Shown: positions 7,586 through 10,885 of the stretch, piece after piece
Layout of the letters: every line of letters starts with the position of its first letter
Numbering within the stretch: position 1 is the stretch's first letter
NCBI GenBank assembly: GCA_004284765.1
Contig: NQJD01000055.1
Span: 1-10,885, forward strand
Direction: 5' to 3'
Length of the DNA: 10,885 nucleotides
From: Candidatus Electronema aureum
GTDB taxonomy: Bacteria > Desulfobacterota > Desulfobulbia > Desulfobulbales > Desulfobulbaceae
Made by a program: the position numbers and the translations under genes
The notes under the pieces: generated by a model
The model's input: the letters and a program-made list of their open reading frames with translations, nothing else
Told to the model about the DNA's origin: nothing
The model's database searches: none

Positions 7586-8305
7586 ATGAATAATTCAGCA
7601 AAAATTAGAATCACAGTAGCTACTGCTATTATCTCCCTTGTTCTTACGGCACCGGTCATGGCGCATGAAAAAGGAGATGTTTTACTTCGTGCAGGCGTGG
7701 TTACAGTAGTTCCCACCGGCGATAGCGGCGTGGTTTCTGGGCTGCCGGACGGAGTCAACAATGCAAGGGTCGAGGTGGAGAAAAACACCCAACTGAGCCT
7801 AACTGCTGTCTATATGCTGCGTGACAGAATTGGGCTGGAAGTGCTCGCCGCCACGCCCTTTAAGCATGACATTGTCGGCAAAGGCGACCTTGAAGGCGTA
7901 GATGTAGGCGAAACCAGCCATCTGCCACCGACCTTGTCACTTCAGTATTATTTCGGGGAAAAAAATTCCCGCTTCAATCCCTATGTTGGCTTAGGTCTCA
8001 ATTACACGCTCTTTTTCTCGGAAAAGGTTGATGGTAAATTAGTTGACACCCTAAACACCCTGCCGACGGTCGCTCATCTGGGCGGAGTTCATTCTGCTGA
8101 TCTGGAGCTAGATGGTTCATTTGGTCTGGCTGCGCAAGCCGGTGTGGACGTACAATTGAAGGATAATTGGTATCTAAATGCCGCAGTGTGGTATGTTGAT
8201 ATCGACACCAGTGCTACTCTAAAGACTGACCTCGGCACCTCTCATGAAGTGGATGTAGCTGTTGATCCTTGGGTTTTCAATGTCGCGGTTGCATATAAAT
8301 TCTGA
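7586..8305 (+). CDS. ompW: Outer membrane protein OmpW family (8-stranded beta-barrel)
   Basis: The signal peptide MNNSAKIRITVATAIISLVLTAPVMA is followed by a mature N-terminus HEKGDVLLRAG (E. coli OmpW has HEAGEFFMRAG). Conserved blocks are NTQLSLT, IGLEVLAATPFKH, HLPPTL, PYVGLGLNYTLFF and DPWVF, with a C-terminal AYKF. The ATG at 7586 is preceded by GGAGGGG; the track ORF starts at GTG 7571. Confidence 0.9.
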   Translation: MNNSAKIRITVATAIISLVLTAPVMAHEKGDVLLRAGVVTVVPTGDSGVVSGLPDGVNNARVEVEKNTQLSLTAVYMLRDRIGLEVLAATPFKHDIVGKGDLEGVDVGETSHLPPTLSLQYYFGEKNSRFNPYVGLGLNYTLFFSEKVDGKLVDTLNTLPTVAHLGGVHSADLELDGSFGLAAQAGVDVQLKDNWYLNAAVWYVDIDTSATLKTDLGTSHEVDVAVDPWVFNVAVAYKF

Positions 8306-8351
8306 TCCTCGCCGCAGCGGAGATTGCATCTCCGCATAAACCACCTCCTCT

Positions 8352-8381
8352 GGCCGCCGGTATTCCGGTGGCCTTTTTTTT
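8352..8381 (+). terminator. Rho-independent terminator of ompW, preceded by a second perfect hairpin at 8317-8335
   Basis: GGCCGCCGG (8352-8360), loop TATT, then CCGGTGGCC (8365-8373) form 9 bp with one G-U pair, followed by T8 (8374-8381). Upstream, GCGGAGAT-tgc-ATCTCCGC (8317-8335) is a perfect 8-bp hairpin without a U tract. Confidence 0.8.
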
Positions 8382-8417
8382 CAGCTAAGGTCATTCCAGC
8401 GAGCAGCCAGCTAAATC

Positions 8418-8446
8418 TTGATCTTTACCGAAATTCCGTTTAAGAT
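8418..8446 (+). promoter_or_regulatory. Candidate sigma70-type promoter for the two-CW gene and dsbD
   Basis: TTGATC (8418-8423), a 17-nt spacer, then TAAGAT (8441-8446). It lies downstream of the ompW terminator and about 50 nt upstream of ATG 8499. This is a pattern match only. Confidence 0.35.
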
Positions 8447-8498
8447 AACATCCTTGGAAATAAGCCTGTTTACCCATTCTCTGACCAAGGTGCCGGAT

Positions 8499-8819
8499 AT
8501 GGACGACAAGAAAAAGCTGAACTGCTGGGAATTCAAAAAATGCGGACGGGAACCCGGAGGCGAGAGAGTTGCCGAGCTGGGGGTTTGTCCGGTGGCCGAG
8601 GTGCAGGGAGCTGACGGCATTCACGGCGGCATGAACGGCGGTCGTTGCTGCTGGGTTGTAGCTGGTTCCCTCTGTAAAGGTCAGATACAGGGTAATTATG
8701 TCGAAAAATTTGGCGATTGCCACAAATGCGATTTTTACGAAGCGGTCAGGCGTGAAGAAATGCCGCAGTTCAAATTGGGCATCACTATCCTCAATCAAAT
8801 CAAGCAGCGGAAATCCTGA
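8499..8819 (+). CDS. Small cysteine-rich protein (106 aa, 8 Cys), consistent with the family annotated as two-CW domain-containing protein
   Basis: The sequence is MDDKKKLNCWEFKKCGREPGG...GVCPV...GGRCCWVVAGSLCKGQIQG...GDCHKCDFYEAV. It has two CW dipeptides (C9-W10 and C51-W52), each followed by C-x14-C spacing. The N-terminal NCWEFKKCGRE block matches my recollection of the two-CW family, but that recollection is imperfect. The first ATG at 8499 is preceded by AAGGTG with a 6-nt spacer. A full-length antisense ORF exists (8391-8846); I chose the plus strand because of the ordered cysteine pattern and the operon context. Confidence 0.72.
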   Translation: MDDKKKLNCWEFKKCGREPGGERVAELGVCPVAEVQGADGIHGGMNGGRCCWVVAGSLCKGQIQGNYVEKFGDCHKCDFYEAVRREEMPQFKLGITILNQIKQRKS

Positions 8820-8864
8820 CTTCTGCCCGTCTCCGCCGTAGCTCATACCTGTTTCCTTGAAATA

Positions 8865-10703
8865 ATGCGTATATTTTTCCGCACGCTGCTGCTGGCCTTT
8901 CTGCTGGCGGCAGTTTCACCTCATTTTGCTATTGCTCAAGGGCCGGTGAGCGCGGCGGTTTTCTGGCCCGCTGACCGCGCTCGGCCCGGCGAGGTAGTCC
9001 CGCTGGCTGTGGTCGTCCAAATAAGCAAAGGCTTTCATATCAATGCCGATGCCCATCAAATCAGACCGGCGGCAAATTTTAAACCCTATCCGACCAAACT
9101 CACGCTGATCGAGGCTGACGAGGGCTTGCAGATAGAAGCTCCGTTGTATCCTCCGGCAGAGCTGTTTAAAACCCAGTACGCCACAGGCGGACTGATGTCC
9201 TTTGCTGGACAGTCGGTTATTTATCTACCGATCAAATTTGCTGCGGAACTGGCTTCCGGTACACAGCCCAACTTGACCGTAGAACTTGCTTATCAAGCCT
9301 GCACAGACAGCCGGTGCCTACTGCCACAGACCGTTCGGATAAAAACCTCGCTGCTGGTTGCTGCGGCAGCGGAACAAGTTACTTCGATCAATCAGCAGCT
9401 TTTTGCGGGATATAATCCGCAGGGGCAGATTGCCCGCAGCAGTAGCGAGGTAGATTTTGGCTTCTTCGGTTGGAAATTCACCGTCAACGGCTCGTCTTGG
9501 GCCGGGCTACTCTTGCTGCTGACCACGGCTGCTTTTGGCGGGATGCTGCTCAATTTTACCCCCTGCGTGCTGCCTCTGATCCCGATTAAAATCATCAGCC
9601 TTTCCTATGCCGCAAAAAATCGGCGGCAGTGTCTGCTCTTAGGCTTATTTATGTCGATAGGCGTGCTGGCCTTTTGGTTGGCTCTTGGCGGCATGATCGC
9701 TTTAGTCAGCGGCTTTAGCGCGACCAATCAGCTCTTTCAGTATCCAGTCTTTACCATTAGCGTGGGATTGATCATCGGTGTCATGGCCTTGGGTATGTTT
9801 GATTTTTTCTCCCTGCGCCTACCAGAATGGTTGTATCTCATCCACCCAGAACAGGATACCTTGCACGGTTCCTTCGGATTAGGCATTCTGGCCGCTATTC
9901 TATCCACGCCCTGCACCGCTCCTTTCATGGGCGCGGCAGCTGCTTGGGCTGCTACTCAACCACCTACCGCTACCTTGACCGTCTTTGCCGCCATCGGCAG
10001 CGGCATGGCCCTGCCCTACCTCGCGCTTTCTGCTGCACCGCATTTAGTCAGAAAAATGCCGAGAACTGGCCCAGCCAGCCAGCTGATCAAGCAGGTGATG
10101 GGGCTGCTCATGCTGGCCGCCGCTGTTTATTTCATTGGAGTTGGTACCGTTATGCTGTTCTCTGCTCCTACCCAGCCGCCCAGTAAGTTCTATTGGTGGC
10201 CGGTGATGATTTTTTCTTTAGTTGCAGGCGGTTGGTTAGCTTGGCGCACGTATCAAATCACTCCTGGACGACCTCTAAAGGTCTTTTTTATCGGTATCGG
10301 CGTGCTAATGATGGGTATTTCTACCTACGGCGCAGTGCATTTGACCGATAGAGGGCCTATTGCTTGGGTGTATTACAGCCCGGAACTCCACGAAAAAGCG
10401 AAAACTGAAGGCAAGGCAGTAGTCATGATTTTCACAGCTGAATGGTGCCTAAATTGTAAGGCTCTTGAGCAGGGCATCTTGGACAACTCAAAAATAGTCA
10501 AGCTGCTGGGTCAAGACGAAATCATGCCGATAAAGGTCGATATCACCGGCAGCAATCCGCTAGGCCGAGAAATGCTGCGGCGGACAGGCAGCTTGAGTAT
10601 TCCGCTGCTGGTTGTCTTCTCGCGTCACGGCGAGCAGGTCTATAAAAGTGATTTTTATACAGTGGACGAGTTATCTAAAGAGATCATCCGGGTACTGAAC
10701 TGA
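8865..10703 (+). CDS. dsbD: Thiol:disulfide interchange protein / protein-disulfide reductase, DsbD type (three-domain alpha-beta-gamma architecture)
   Basis: The signal peptide is MRIFFRTLLLAFLLAAVSPHFAIAQG. The periplasmic N-terminal domain has YQACTDSRCLLP (Cys codons 9300-9302 and 9315-9317; E. coli has YQGCADAGFCYPP). About 8 predicted TM helices carry FTPCVLPL (Cys codon 9564-9566) and STPCTAPF (Cys codon 9912-9914). The C-terminal thioredoxin fold has the active site WCLNCK (Cys codons 10446-10448 and 10455-10457). No Shine-Dalgarno sequence is visible upstream of the ATG. Confidence 0.9.
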   Translation: MRIFFRTLLLAFLLAAVSPHFAIAQGPVSAAVFWPADRARPGEVVPLAVVVQISKGFHINADAHQIRPAANFKPYPTKLTLIEADEGLQIEAPLYPPAELFKTQYATGGLMSFAGQSVIYLPIKFAAELASGTQPNLTVELAYQACTDSRCLLPQTVRIKTSLLVAAAAEQVTSINQQLFAGYNPQGQIARSSSEVDFGFFGWKFTVNGSSWAGLLLLLTTAAFGGMLLNFTPCVLPLIPIKIISLSYAAKNRRQCLLLGLFMSIGVLAFWLALGGMIALVSGFSATNQLFQYPVFTISVGLIIGVMALGMFDFFSLRLPEWLYLIHPEQDTLHGSFGLGILAAILSTPCTAPFMGAAAAWAATQPPTATLTVFAAIGSGMALPYLALSAAPHLVRKMPRTGPASQLIKQVMGLLMLAAAVYFIGVGTVMLFSAPTQPPSKFYWWPVMIFSLVAGGWLAWRTYQITPGRPLKVFFIGIGVLMMGISTYGAVHLTDRGPIAWVYYSPELHEKAKTEGKAVVMIFTAEWCLNCKALEQGILDNSKIVKLLGQDEIMPIKVDITGSNPLGREMLRRTGSLSIPLLVVFSRHGEQVYKSDFYTVDELSKEIIRVLN

Positions 10704-10789
10704 TTTTTCCTTGCATAAAGTTGTTGACTTTGAGAAAATGGTAATGGTGAACCATGATTGGCAAAGCGGACGGCTCCCTAAAAAACACA

Positions 10790-10817
10790 TTGAATTTACC
10801 ATTAAAAACAATATAAT
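10790..10817 (+). promoter_or_regulatory. Candidate sigma70-type promoter reading out of the right edge of the window
   Basis: TTGAAT (10790-10795), a 16-nt spacer, then a perfect TATAAT (10812-10817) in an AT-rich stretch after dsbD. Downstream, AGAGGG (10855-10860) followed by ATG 10864 coincides with a rise in GC content, suggesting a gene start cut off by the window edge. Confidence 0.3.
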
Positions 10818-10885
10818 ATTGAAAAAGTTGACTTCCGACTTGGTCTCAGTTTTCAGAGGGCGAATGCCCGCCAGCCAAACGCCGT

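Noticed and set aside
8010-8120. The OmpW sequence is about 30 aa longer than E. coli OmpW, with an expanded segment (EKVDGKLVDTLNTLPTVAHLGGVHSADLELDG).
   Set aside because: The extra residues fall where extracellular loops are expected, and such loops vary freely in this family. The barrel-strand motifs are intact.
8391-8846. A 151-aa ORF on the minus strand fully antisense to the two-CW gene, with an SD-like AAGGAA 7 nt before its ATG.
   Set aside because: The product has no recognisable motifs and a patchy, low-information composition. The plus-strand frame carries an ordered, duplicated cysteine pattern matching a named family and fits the operon with dsbD. Long antisense ORFs of 110-199 aa also occur inside deaD and recB in this window, so they are a compositional by-product here. 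Strand-specific RNA-seq or proteomics would settle it.
10738-10885. An open frame from ATG 10738 to the window edge, considered as a real CDS start.
   Set aside because: It is AT-rich with a lysine, isoleucine and asparagine composition typical of translated intergenic DNA. Its SD is weak, and it contains a near-consensus promoter. A start at 10864 behind that promoter is more coherent, but neither option can be confirmed from 22 nt of sequence.

Overview
This is a 10.9-kb window of about 50% GC from a diderm (Gram-negative-type) bacterium. A Desulfobacterota-like origin is possible because of the small two-CW-type cysteine protein, but that is only a guess. I can support seven protein-coding genes. 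They are signal peptidase I (lepB, minus strand), a DeaD/CsdA-like DEAD-box RNA helicase (plus), a full-length canonical RecB (plus), a 160-aa protein I cannot assign to any family (minus), OmpW (plus), a 106-aa 8-cysteine two-CW-type protein (plus) and a DsbD-type thiol:disulfide reductase (plus). The AT-rich left edge carries a truncated IS4/IS5-type DDE transposase remnant that abuts the lepB stop codon. Two clear intrinsic terminators follow deaD and ompW. I saw no rRNA, tRNA, CRISPR array or large repeat family. Most of the window is housekeeping, and I do not see a convincing novel multi-gene system. The stretches most worth a second look are the cysteine-rich two-CW gene apparently co-transcribed with dsbD (8418-10703) and the orphan 160-aa gene with its palindrome-bearing divergent control region (6822-7585). 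Also notable are the recB gene lacking adjacent recC/recD and the structured leader upstream of deaD. All family assignments come from motif recognition by eye; no database search was run.
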